Shown: positions 10,084 to 17,935 of the stretch, one piece after another
Layout: every line of letters begins with the position of its first letter
Numbering within the stretch: the first letter of the stretch is position 1
Assembly: GCA_038230595.1 (NCBI GenBank)
Contig: JBBRMY010000002.1
Span: forward strand, 872 to 64,871
Direction of reading: 5' to 3'
DNA from: Ignavibacteria bacterium
Lineage (GTDB): Bacteria > Bacteroidota > Ignavibacteria > Tepidaquicellales > Tepidaquicellaceae
Length of the DNA: 64,000 nucleotides
Translations under genes and position numbers: made by a program
Notes under the pieces: generated by a model
Databases searched by the model: none
Seen by the model: the letters and a program-made list of their open reading frames with translations, nothing else
Told to the model about the DNA's origin: nothing

Positions 10084-11109
10084 TTTATTAGTCTTTATTA
10101 CTGAATCCCATTTTTTCATCCATTCACTTTCGTTTGCAGTAATGGCTTCCCAGTCAAGAGGCATTTCTGTATAGTTTGCATTTTTCAGCCAATCAGGTAA
10201 TTTATTTTTGTCAAGATCATTTCTCGAAGGCACTCTGTAAAATTTTTCTGCCTGTGCATACATTGATTCCTGAGTAGTCACAAATTCATAGAATTTTTTT
10301 GCAAGCTCAACATTCTTTGAATTTTTTACTATTGCAATTCCATCTGTAACAACAACTGTACCACCTGAAGGAAAAACATAACCAAACGGATAACTATAAT
10401 TTTTTTGCTGGAGAACTATATCGGGCATATTCCATAGTGTGAGATTCTTACCATCTGATGCAAGTTTGAGATACATCTGAGTCGGGTCGGCAGCATAACT
10501 GCTTGTGTTATCATCTAAAGCCTTCAGCCAGTTAAAACCTTTTACATCATTACCAGTTTCTTTAACTGACTTATAGATCATTGCAGAGAATATCATTCGC
10601 AATGTTCCGGATGCCATTGGATTTCGCAGAACTACCATTCCTTTTCTATCCGCTGATACAAGTTCTTCCCATGTTTTGGGAGCTGAAGTTGAATCAACAA
10701 ACTTATTATTATAAGCAATAACTTCAGGGGTCAGAAATGTACCAAACCAGAAATCATTTTTGCTTTTATGAGAAGCTTCAATATTAGCTGACCATGTAGG
10801 AGTATATTTTTCAAGAAGACCTAAACCTTCTGCTTTTATAAAAAGTGTTGATGGAGCACCCCACCAGATATCAGCCTGCGGATTATCTTTTTCCGTTTTT
10901 ATTCTGTCAATTATTTCCTGCGATCCCATATCAAGCCATTGCACATCAACTCCGGGATTTGCAGCTTCAAATCTTTTTTCAAATTCTGAAAGAAGCTCTT
11001 TTCCATGGGGTGAATATATTACAAGAGTGTTCGATTGCTTTTTTGAACAGCCGGCGAAGATAAATATTAAAATTAAAAATATTCCAAGCTTGATTAATTT
11101 TTTATTCAA
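10081..11109 (-). CDS. ABC transporter substrate-binding lipoprotein (Fe(III)-type family 1 SBP)
   Basis: Lipobox FAGCSK. VIYSPHGKELL...ADIWWGAP pattern as in FbpA/AfuA-like binding proteins. Confidence 0.8.
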   Translation of the reverse strand: MNKKLIKLGIFLILIFIFAGCSKKQSNTLVIYSPHGKELLSEFEKRFEAANPGVDVQWLDMGSQEIIDRIKTEKDNPQADIWWGAPSTLFIKAEGLGLLEKYTPTWSANIEASHKSKNDFWFGTFLTPEVIAYNNKFVDSTSAPKTWEELVSADRKGMVVLRNPMASGTLRMIFSAMIYKSVKETGNDVKGFNWLKALDDNTSSYAADPTQMYLKLASDGKNLTLWNMPDIVLQQKNYSYPFGYVFPSGGTVVVTDGIAIVKNSKNVELAKKFYEFVTTQESMYAQAEKFYRVPSRNDLDKNKLPDWLKNANYTEMPLDWEAITANESEWMKKWDSVIKTNK

Positions 11110-11110
11110 T

Positions 11111-12025
11111 TTATTTCAGGTTATTATATTCTTTTTTTGTGAATTGAATTGCCTTAAGTCTCTCAAATAGTATTTTTGTACTCTCAATTTTTGCAGGGTC
11201 ATTGATAGCAAAGTAAGAATACATTTCTATATCTCCCCTGTTCATAAGAAGCTGCATTGTTCCCTGTGATTTATGCTCAGCTATTACCCAATTTGAGATT
11301 ATTTTAAAATTCAGAGCATTATTAAATCCGAAAGGAGTAGTTCGGTCGAAGCTAAATACAGGAGCGTCCGGATTAATTTTTGTTTCCGGATAACCTTCAA
11401 GCCCGGTATAGTCTGAATAAGTAGTATCAATTATATTTCTTCCGTTCCCTGCAAGTATAACCGGACGGTCTTTTAATTTCATTCCTCCAATAACTCTTAA
11501 TGCTAAAATACCTGCTGAACTATGATGAGCATGAGTTGTTTTTGTTGGCGGAAGAACCAAGACATAATTATATTTTCCGTTATTTAAAATTTCTTCAAGC
11601 CTTTTTGTTACATAGGGTACATCCCAAACACTGTCAAGGACTTCAGGAATATTATTCGTGTACTTATGATCTTTTTGATCCATAAAGAAAAAATCCTTTA
11701 TACCAACGATCTTACATCCGGCAATAAGCTCTTTCTTTCTGATGTCCGGTAAATATTTTCTTCCAACATCTTCATCAGTCAGTTCCAGTCCGTAAATATC
11801 TTCTGCTAAAGTTGAATATTTATACCCGCCTTCTCCATTAGTAATTAAGCATAGATCCGCTTTCCCGTGAAGCAAATGGGTGAACTGATAAACAGTTCCT
11901 GAAAAGGCTGCATCATCATCAGGATGTGCAGTAACTATTAATAACTTAAGTGTTGTATCGGTTTGAGAAAAAAGTTGTGTAGAAGTAAAAAGAACGAAAA
12001 GCAGTAAAATAAGTTTTATTTTCAT
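11111..12025 (-). CDS. PIG-L/LmbE family deacetylase, secreted
   Basis: Signal peptide, then VTAHPDDDAAFSG and later HHSS motifs typical of PIG-L. Lies 1 nt from the SBP gene. Confidence 0.75.
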   Translation of the reverse strand: MKIKLILLLFVLFTSTQLFSQTDTTLKLLIVTAHPDDDAAFSGTVYQFTHLLHGKADLCLITNGEGGYKYSTLAEDIYGLELTDEDVGRKYLPDIRKKELIAGCKIVGIKDFFFMDQKDHKYTNNIPEVLDSVWDVPYVTKRLEEILNNGKYNYVLVLPPTKTTHAHHSSAGILALRVIGGMKLKDRPVILAGNGRNIIDTTYSDYTGLEGYPETKINPDAPVFSFDRTTPFGFNNALNFKIISNWVIAEHKSQGTMQLLMNRGDIEMYSYFAINDPAKIESTKILFERLKAIQFTKKEYNNLK

Positions 12026-12123
12026 GTAACAATATTATGAATTAAGGTGATATTTGAAATTAACAAATTTTTGCTTGGTGGATGATGGCAGCAAATGGTG
12101 GAGCCCGAGATATTCTTCAGATG

Positions 12124-12167
12124 GCCGTTGATGACGTTCCGATAAATCGGAACTAAACACCAACGGC
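12124..12167. repeat. A-type nested palindrome (GCCGTTGGTG-ac-GTTCCGAT-aa-ATCGGAAC-taaa-CACCAACGGC), copy 1
   Basis: Outer arms gccgttgatg/caccaacggc and inner perfect palindrome gttccgataaatcggaac. Confidence 0.85.
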
Positions 12168-12235
12168 GGAGAATCAAATTTTTGCTTGATGGATGTTGGT
12201 AACAAATGGTAGAGCCCGAGATATTACTTCAGATG

Positions 12236-12279
12236 GCCGTTGGTGACGTTCCGATAAATCGGAATTAAACACCAACGGC
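12236..12279. repeat. A-type nested palindrome, copy 2
   Basis: gccgttggtgacgttccgataaatcggaattaaacaccaacggc. Confidence 0.85.
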
Positions 12280-12296
12280 GGAGAATCCTAAAGATG

Positions 12297-12325
12297 GTTG
12301 TTGGTGGAAGAGCAACACCAACAAC
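12297..12325. repeat. A-type short variant (outer arms only)
   Basis: gttgttggtg-gaagagcaa-caccaacaac. 10 bp perfect arms with compensatory C-to-T/G-to-A changes relative to the long copies. Confidence 0.75.
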
Positions 12326-12334
12326 GGCAAATAT

Positions 12335-12370
12335 AAAAAAGACCTCTCAGAGTATTTCACCTGACAGGTC
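12335..12370 (-). terminator. E-type repeated terminator hairpin (GACCTGTCAGG...CTGAGAGGTC plus T6 on the minus strand)
   Basis: 10 bp stem with one mismatch, followed by TTTTTT when read on the minus strand. Lies downstream of lipoprotein gene 12759-13466 and the three hairpin modules. Confidence 0.65.
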
Positions 12371-12403
12371 GATTTCAATACGACTCTATTATACTTTTTT
12401 GTT

Positions 12404-12483
12404 TTTTGAGAATGCGGGGGGCGATTCTTAGTTTCCCCCCTTATCTCAACTTAAAAACTTCGGGAGCCGATTCCAAAGTTTTT
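12404..12483. repeat. two-hairpin module, unit 1
   Basis: ttgaga-[GGGGGG-13 nt-CCCCCC]-tctcaa, then aaaaacttcgg-GAGCCGATT-ccaaagttttt. Confidence 0.7.
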
Positions 12484-12540
12484 ATTAATACTTTCGTTTT
12501 TATTTATACTTTTTAAAAGAACTTTTAAAATTTATTTCAA

Positions 12541-12632
12541 AATTGAGAAAACGGGGGGCGATTAGTTTAGGATTCTTAACTCCCCCCATCCTCAATTTAA
12601 AAGCTCCCGGGAGCCGAATACCGGAAACTTTT
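12541..12632. repeat. two-hairpin module, unit 2
   Basis: ttgaga-[GGGGGG-23 nt-CCCCCC]-cctcaa, then aaaag..cccgg-GAGCCGAATA-ccgg..ctttt. Confidence 0.7.
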
Positions 12633-12654
12633 ATTTGAAAGAACGATATATCTA

Positions 12655-12720
12655 CTCTCTAAAATGGGAGGAGTAATCCTCCCATGAAAATTGAGGCTTT
12701 GGGAGCCGAATCCAAAGCCT
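12655..12720. repeat. two-hairpin module, unit 3
   Basis: [ATGGGAGG-agtaat-CCTCCCAT], then ggctttgg-GAGCCGAAT-ccaaagcc. Confidence 0.7.
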
Positions 12721-12758
12721 ATCCGGAATTATCTTAATGAACCGGTTTGTTCATTTTT

Positions 12759-13466
12759 CTAATGATCATCATTACCGTCATGGTCGTTGTCTCTGAATCC
12801 ATTTTTAAAAGAGCCTCTTATATTATCATCAATCAGATCATCATTACCTGAATTAGCCGGGTTAATTATGATATTTCCGTTTTTAAACCATAAATTTTTG
12901 TTGAATACAAATGTGAAGTTTATTGCGTTGCCGTCAACTGCAACTACATTGTTCAGATTGATCACAAGGCTTGCTGACTTTCGTGATCTGTAAACAAACG
13001 GAGTTCCGTTGAATGTTCCTTTTACAATAAATGAATATCTTTCATTTCCGCTTGAACCTGTTCTGAATTCAGGATCGCTTAATACTTCATTATCTTCAGG
13101 CTTGTGGAGCTTGAATTTTATTTTACTGAATCTTCCTATAGGTAGATCACCTGTTATAAGAGATGTAAGACCTCCTGTTACATTAAAATTCGCAACAAAG
13201 GGAGCAAGGTGCAGCTCAGTTTCAACTTCAGTTGATTCCTGTTCAAGCTCTACTTCATTTATTAAAGCTTTGGCTTCGGTTATAACAATTACATCTGTTG
13301 AATTAACTACATTGTCATCTGCTTTGGCGCTTATAGTTACACTGCTTGTTGTGCTGCCAGTACCTGTTCCGGTAACTGAATTATTTTGATTGCATCCTGA
13401 AATGAATGCTGAGATGAAAAGTGCTGCAGCGAAAAATGCAGTGATCTTTAAGTTTAATGTTTTCAT
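12759..13466 (-). CDS. hypothetical lipoprotein (possibly DUF4382-like) with acidic DNDHDGNDDH tail
   Basis: Lipobox ISGCNQ and beta-rich composition. Family assignment is tentative. Confidence 0.6.
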   Translation of the reverse strand: MKTLNLKITAFFAAALFISAFISGCNQNNSVTGTGTGSTTSSVTISAKADDNVVNSTDVIVITEAKALINEVELEQESTEVETELHLAPFVANFNVTGGLTSLITGDLPIGRFSKIKFKLHKPEDNEVLSDPEFRTGSSGNERYSFIVKGTFNGTPFVYRSRKSASLVINLNNVVAVDGNAINFTFVFNKNLWFKNGNIIINPANSGNDDLIDDNIRGSFKNGFRDNDHDGNDDH

Positions 13467-13655
13467 TTTTTCTTTATTTTATTTAATAGTGTCTGAGTAA
13501 AAATTAATCAGTACGTTAATTCATTTATATTTTGTTGTAAAAAGTTTGATAATTCCTGCTAAAGTGTATAATACAGCTGATGAAATTTTCATTTTTATAA
13601 GTCCTTTGATCTTTTTCATGTAGTCTGAAATTTAAGTTATCCCGGCTCATAGTTA

Positions 13656-13925
13656 TCATTTTATTAAAAGCATTTTTTTAGTTTCTGTAATATCTCCCGA
13701 AATAAGCTTGTAGAAATATATTCCGCTTGTTAAAGCCGAAGCATTAAACCTGACCTCATAAGTACTGGGCTGCAATGATTCATTTACTAACTCTGCTACC
13801 TGCTGACCGATAAGATTATAAACTGTAACTCTTGTCAAAGATGATTTCGTAAGAGAGAATTTTATAGTCGTTTCAGGATTAAACGGGTTAGGATAATTCT
13901 GCTCAAGTTTAAAATTAACCGGGAT
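13656..13925 (-). repeat. near-identical T9SS CTD-coding segment, paralogous to 14517-14786
   Basis: About 270 nt, roughly 85% identical by eye to the 3' end of the neighbouring gene. This is far closer than to the other three CTDs in the window. Confidence 0.75.
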
Positions 13926-14474
13926 ATTTTCAGAAATTGAATGTACAGTAGTAGAAGGACTTACTGTTACTGAGCTGCTTATCGCAAAATTCCAGTCGTC
14001 TCCGGAAGCAAGACTGTCTCTATTAGTCGTAACCCCAGCTGCAAATATAGTATCCACTGTACCAAAAGCCGGAGCTGTGTAAGTGAACTGAAGCTGCGCT
14101 ATTCCGTTTACCAATGCTATGTTTGTGTTCTGAGTCAGTTCGCCGTTCATAAGATGTAATCTGGGATCAACAACTGAAAGTGAACCGCTTCTGACAGAAA
14201 TGTTCAATCCTGTTCCGGTTTTTGTTCTTGATTCAGTAAGAACTGTTACAGTGCAGGTTATAGACTGACCCGGAGTAACATTGTGAAGGTTAGTAATAAT
14301 AATTCCCAAGTTTCCGGGTGTAACAGGACCATGACAACTTCCGCATCCATCTGAAGAAGTTTTTAAAGTTCTCCCTGAGATGCCATGTATGTATGCCATA
14401 CAATATTGGGTTACAAAAATATTTAAAAAGAGAATCACAAATACCGGTAACATAATTGATCTAAAATTTTTCAT
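13656..14474 (-). CDS. T9SS C-terminal-domain secreted protein with a CxxCH motif (CGSCH)
   Basis: Signal peptide, SSDGCGSCHGP near the N-terminus, and a C-terminal QNYPNPFNPETTIKF...GIYFYKL...KKMLLIK sorting domain. Confidence 0.7.
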   Translation of the reverse strand: MKNFRSIMLPVFVILFLNIFVTQYCMAYIHGISGRTLKTSSDGCGSCHGPVTPGNLGIIITNLHNVTPGQSITCTVTVLTESRTKTGTGLNISVRSGSLSVVDPRLHLMNGELTQNTNIALVNGIAQLQFTYTAPAFGTVDTIFAAGVTTNRDSLASGDDWNFAISSSVTVSPSTTVHSISENIPVNFKLEQNYPNPFNPETTIKFSLTKSSLTRVTVYNLIGQQVAELVNESLQPSTYEVRFNASALTSGIYFYKLISGDITETKKMLLIK

Positions 14475-14516
14475 AGTGTTTCTGTTTTAATTTTACAATT
14501 TTTCTAAACATCAACT

Positions 14517-14786
14517 TTACTTTATTAAAAGCATTTTTTTAGTCTCTGTAACATCGCCTGAAACAAGCTTGTAGAAATATATTCCGCTTGGAAAAGCCGA
14601 GCCATTGAATCTTACATCATATGTTCCCGGCTGCAGTGATTCATTGATTAATTCTGCTACCTGCTGACCGATAAGATTATACACTGCAATTCGTGTTAAA
14701 GATGATCTCGTCAGAGAGAATTTAATAGTTGTCTCGGGATTAAACGGATTCGGATAATTCTGTTCCAGATGAAACTTATCCGGTAA
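14517..14786 (-). repeat. near-identical T9SS CTD-coding segment, paralogous to 13656-13925
   Basis: See 13656-13925. Confidence 0.75.
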
Positions 14787-16526
14787 CTGAGAACTTATAT
14801 TATGCACTGCTGCAACTGTAGATGTATCCAGATAAAAATTTACTGTATCCAATGAAGTGGATGAAACATTTATCTGTCTTGATGAATTCTGATATCCTAC
14901 CCTGTAAACCATTGCATTATATGTGCCTGCCGGAACTCTTGAGATATTATATTGCTGTAATGTATTGCTCACCCCGAAACCTTTATATATGCTGCCCTGC
15001 TTCAGATAAACAATTGCATCTTTATTGTAAGGGAAATTACCCGGCTGCTGCGGAGGTATATAATTCAGATATGCATAGCCGCCAACATGTAAGTTTGCTG
15101 AATTCAATCCGGTTGTATCTATTCTGAAAACATTTACATTTATATTTGTCAGATTGCCTGTAAGATTTAACGCTGTTGCAGCCGCCCAATCAACAGTTGA
15201 AGGGAAATAGGTCGGCACATAATCAAGTACATCATTTGGAAATATTATAACTCTTAGTTCCGGATTTCCCGGTACATTTGGTAAAAGATAATTGCCTGCC
15301 GAAACCACAGCAGAATCAACTATTATAACTTCCAGCGTACTGACATCTCTTCTTAATATTTTTGCGGTTCCTGAAGCTACCGGCTGATTATTATCAGAGT
15401 ATTTTACTGATCCAGAAACTGAACTTATAGAAACGCTTCCCCATCTTGAAATATGCTTTGCATATTTACCGCCTGAAGTTGTGAATTCACCACCAACATA
15501 TAAGCTTGTATCTGTTCCGAAAATATAAACATAAGTGCAATAAACTTTTTCATTCATTCCTGTTGATAATCTTGACCAGGTAACTCCGTTCCATTGCGCA
15601 ATTCGATCTACAAATACATTTCCGGTTGAATGAAAATTACCGCCGGCTATCAATAACCCTTTAAAAGAACAGAGTGTGTTAACATCATTATCCTGAGTGC
15701 CTCCAACAGGAGTCCATGAACTTCCTGAATACTGAGATATATTATAACCTGTTCCGGCTTTTCCACCGGCATACAGTATATTATTATTTACTGTTAAAGC
15801 AAAAACTCTGTCACTTCCCGTACCGAATCCGCTTCCGATGGCAGACCAAACAAGATCATCCCATGCAGCTACATTATTTACAGCAATTGAACCGCTTGCT
15901 GTATTAATCCTGCCTCCGGCTACGAGCTTAGTACCAAACAGAGTGAAAGCATAAACTTTAGAACTGTTGTTTGTATTAAAGCCGCCGCCTACATCAGACC
16001 ATACTGTTCCGTTCCATCTGCCGATTCTGTTCGCAGAAACACCGCCGGCATTATCAAATTCTCCGCCTGCATAAAGCTTTGCATTATAAACTATCAGAGC
16101 TCTCACTTCTGCATTTGTACCGCTGCCTAAAGCACTCCAGGAAGAGCCGTTCCATCGTGCTATGTTGTTAGCCGGTGTGCCTCCTGCAGAAGTGAAATTT
16201 CCGCCCGCATAAAGATCTCCGTTATAAACTACCAATGAATAAACTGTGTCACTTGGGGAACCTATTCCTGATCCGAGGGGTGACCAGGAAGAACCATTCC
16301 ACATTGCTATATTTCTGGCTAATATATCTCCTCCATAAGTAAAGCTGCCCGTAACTATAATATTACCATTGTATCTTGTGAACGCTTTCACAACTCCGTT
16401 GGTTCCGTTTATAGCTGGGCTCCCCAATGGTGACCAGTCTAAGACCTGTGAGTTAACAACTTTTATATTTCCTAAAAGAAGGGAAATAAAAAGCACGGCT
16501 AATATCTTTATAATTTTTTGTGTCAT
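14517..16526 (-). CDS. T9SS C-terminal-domain secreted protein with about 6 W-N-G-x-x-W-S repeats (beta-propeller-like)
   Basis: Repeats IAMWNGSSWSPLGSG / IARWNGSSWSALGSG / IGRWNGTVWSDVGGG / VAAWDDLVWSAIGSG / IAQWNGVTWSRLSTG, followed by an Ig-like region and the T9SS CTD. Confidence 0.7.
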   Translation of the reverse strand: MTQKIIKILAVLFISLLLGNIKVVNSQVLDWSPLGSPAINGTNGVVKAFTRYNGNIIVTGSFTYGGDILARNIAMWNGSSWSPLGSGIGSPSDTVYSLVVYNGDLYAGGNFTSAGGTPANNIARWNGSSWSALGSGTNAEVRALIVYNAKLYAGGEFDNAGGVSANRIGRWNGTVWSDVGGGFNTNNSSKVYAFTLFGTKLVAGGRINTASGSIAVNNVAAWDDLVWSAIGSGFGTGSDRVFALTVNNNILYAGGKAGTGYNISQYSGSSWTPVGGTQDNDVNTLCSFKGLLIAGGNFHSTGNVFVDRIAQWNGVTWSRLSTGMNEKVYCTYVYIFGTDTSLYVGGEFTTSGGKYAKHISRWGSVSISSVSGSVKYSDNNQPVASGTAKILRRDVSTLEVIIVDSAVVSAGNYLLPNVPGNPELRVIIFPNDVLDYVPTYFPSTVDWAAATALNLTGNLTNINVNVFRIDTTGLNSANLHVGGYAYLNYIPPQQPGNFPYNKDAIVYLKQGSIYKGFGVSNTLQQYNISRVPAGTYNAMVYRVGYQNSSRQINVSSTSLDTVNFYLDTSTVAAVHNISSQLPDKFHLEQNYPNPFNPETTIKFSLTRSSLTRIAVYNLIGQQVAELINESLQPGTYDVRFNGSAFPSGIYFYKLVSGDVTETKKMLLIK

Positions 16527-17383
16527 TATTGTTTTTTGTTAAGCTTTAATTTTTTATACTCTTCAATAGTGTGTGACCTTGTCCAGCAATCATCAAAATA
16601 TTCAGCCATAGCTTTTGCATAATTTTCATTTCTTATTATTACGTCAGATCTGTTATTTTTTGAAATCGCAGGGTTGATCAAATTTACATAAACAGCTTTC
16701 CTGTCAAATATCGCCATAGTCTGGAACACTTCATCAGTCAGTCTCACAGCACCCACATCATCCTGTAGTCCCCCTGCAATTTCAAAAAAATTCTTCTCTG
16801 TAACATTCTGCCAGATACCATCAATAGATATCTTGAAATTGTATCCGACTTCGTACAGTGTCTTTATTACTCCGCCTTGCTTCATAAAGTTCATAGAAAA
16901 CTCATCAACTTCACTATCAATATGCCCTTCCAGCTTGTTCATCAGCAGCATTTCTTTGCTTGACTCTTTCCACAGTTCCATGAATTTCAGGTCACGGTGC
17001 TTATTAAATCCCTTAATAAGCTCTACTTCCCTCTTTTCTTTAGAACTCTCTTTAGCTTTAAAGACCGGATGAAGCTTTTCAAACGATTCTTTAAGCTTTG
17101 AAACTCTTGAAGTATAGGTATCATGAAAATCCTTTTGTATCTTATCCTCTACTATTTTAGGGTCAATGATCTCATAAAGAGCAGCCGAACTGGTTGAGAT
17201 CTCATTGCATATTCCCTTTTTAGTAAAGGATCTTAAGATATCATAAGTGGATGTACGCGGGATCTTGGCTTCTTTTGCGATCTCAGAAGCAGTCATAGTT
17301 CTGCCTTCAAAAAGCACGCAAAAAACTTTCGATTCGTAATTCGTAAATCCTAAGGATTCAAGATTTTTAACTATATCTTCCAT
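16526..17383 (-). CDS. TrmB family transcriptional regulator
   Basis: N-terminal LESLGFTNYESKVFCVLFEGRTMTASEIAKEAKIPRTSTYDILRSFTKKGI winged-helix of the TrmB type. Its stop overlaps the start of the 669 aa gene by 1 nt. Confidence 0.8.
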   Translation of the reverse strand: MEDIVKNLESLGFTNYESKVFCVLFEGRTMTASEIAKEAKIPRTSTYDILRSFTKKGICNEISTSSAALYEIIDPKIVEDKIQKDFHDTYTSRVSKLKESFEKLHPVFKAKESSKEKREVELIKGFNKHRDLKFMELWKESSKEMLLMNKLEGHIDSEVDEFSMNFMKQGGVIKTLYEVGYNFKISIDGIWQNVTEKNFFEIAGGLQDDVGAVRLTDEVFQTMAIFDRKAVYVNLINPAISKNNRSDVIIRNENYAKAMAEYFDDCWTRSHTIEEYKKLKLNKKQ

Positions 17384-17473
17384 TTACCTTGTGAACATTC
17401 CTATTAAAACCAGAATAGCCAAAAATGCTGCAAGTCCAAATCCGAAGACGTTGAAATTTGATTGTTTGTCCAT
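17384..17473 (-). CDS. candidate 29 aa single-TM micro-protein (MDKQSNFNVFGFGLAAFLAILVLIGMFTR)
   Basis: Manual translation. Its TAA stop directly abuts the TrmB ATG (TAAATG), suggesting translational coupling. One hydrophobic helix. Not in the ORF track because it is under 60 aa. Confidence 0.3.
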   Translation of the reverse strand: MDKQSNFNVFGFGLAAFLAILVLIGMFTR

Positions 17474-17505
17474 GATGTTTTTAGAGTTTAAATTTAGCTT
17501 CAACA

Positions 17506-17531
17506 ATTGTCGTAGCCTTAACTACGACAAT
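17506..17531. promoter_or_regulatory. perfect 10 bp inverted repeat (ATTGTCGTAG-ccttaa-CTACGACAAT), candidate operator upstream of the micro-ORF/TrmB operon
   Basis: Located 33-58 nt upstream of the 17473 start on the minus strand. Palindromic sites are typical of TrmB-type autoregulation. Confidence 0.35.
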
Positions 17532-17935
17532 ATTAGTAAGAATTAGATGTAATGTCAATAGCAAAATTAAAAATATTTTTGTATTGGGATTTTACCTATG
17601 ATAAAGAGAATGAAATATAGTTTTTCTCAATCCAATATTTGTAAAAGTATTTTTAAATAACAGGTCGCTCTTACGGAGCTAATCATAAATGGATAATTTT
17701 TTCTAGAAATAGAACGCCTCCCACGGAGCTAAAAATAATCAAAAAATTTTTTAATACAAAAAGTTAAAATTTATATATAGAAATCCCACAAGCTGTTGAA
17801 GAGCTTAGGAAAATTTTATAGTTTAATATTTAATATTTTTTTATAAGACCGAAAATAACAATAATAAAATATTTGTTACCCCCGTACCCTTATTTATTAA
17901 AAAGGGTGAAATAGAAATAGTATTTATTAAATCAA

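Larger units (their letters stand above)
12064..12286. repeat. tandem duplication, 2 x about 111 bp, each copy carrying one A-type palindromic element
   Basis: 12064-12174 and 12175-12286 align end to end with about 8 differences by eye (caaatttttgctt...gagcccgagatatt...atggccgttg[a/g]tgacgttccgataaatcggaa[c/t]taaacaccaacggcggagaat). Confidence 0.85.

Noticed and set aside
12121-12156. Conserved 11-codon mini-ORF (MAVGDVPINRN) inside the A-type palindromes, also at 12233, 18289 and 18517.
   Set aside because: The conservation is explained by the DNA palindrome itself. One copy lacks the ATG (29350) and one reads through the stop (18289). No ribosome-binding context is seen.
12064-12720. CRISPR array as an explanation for the repeated hairpins here and at 18.2-18.65 kb and 29.2-29.55 kb.
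   Set aside because: Repeat units are of several unrelated families, with irregular spacing and orientation, no unique spacers of constant length, and no cas genes in the window.
12684-12737. 17-codon ORF (MKIEALGAESKAYPELS) preceded by GGAGG in hairpin-module unit 3.
   Set aside because: The GGAGG and the ATG are the two arms of hairpin A. The equivalent positions in units 1 and 2 have no ATG, so the structure is conserved and the frame is not.
13009-13389. 126 aa plus-strand ORF inside the lipoprotein gene. Other antisense ORFs are similar, for example 21044-21379, 36975-37325, 46436-46816, 50607-50918, 33649-33960 and 60894-61211.
   Set aside because: All lie antisense within longer ORFs that have clear family signatures. 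Their composition (Ser/Leu/Ile-rich) is typical of shadow frames in AT-rich DNA.
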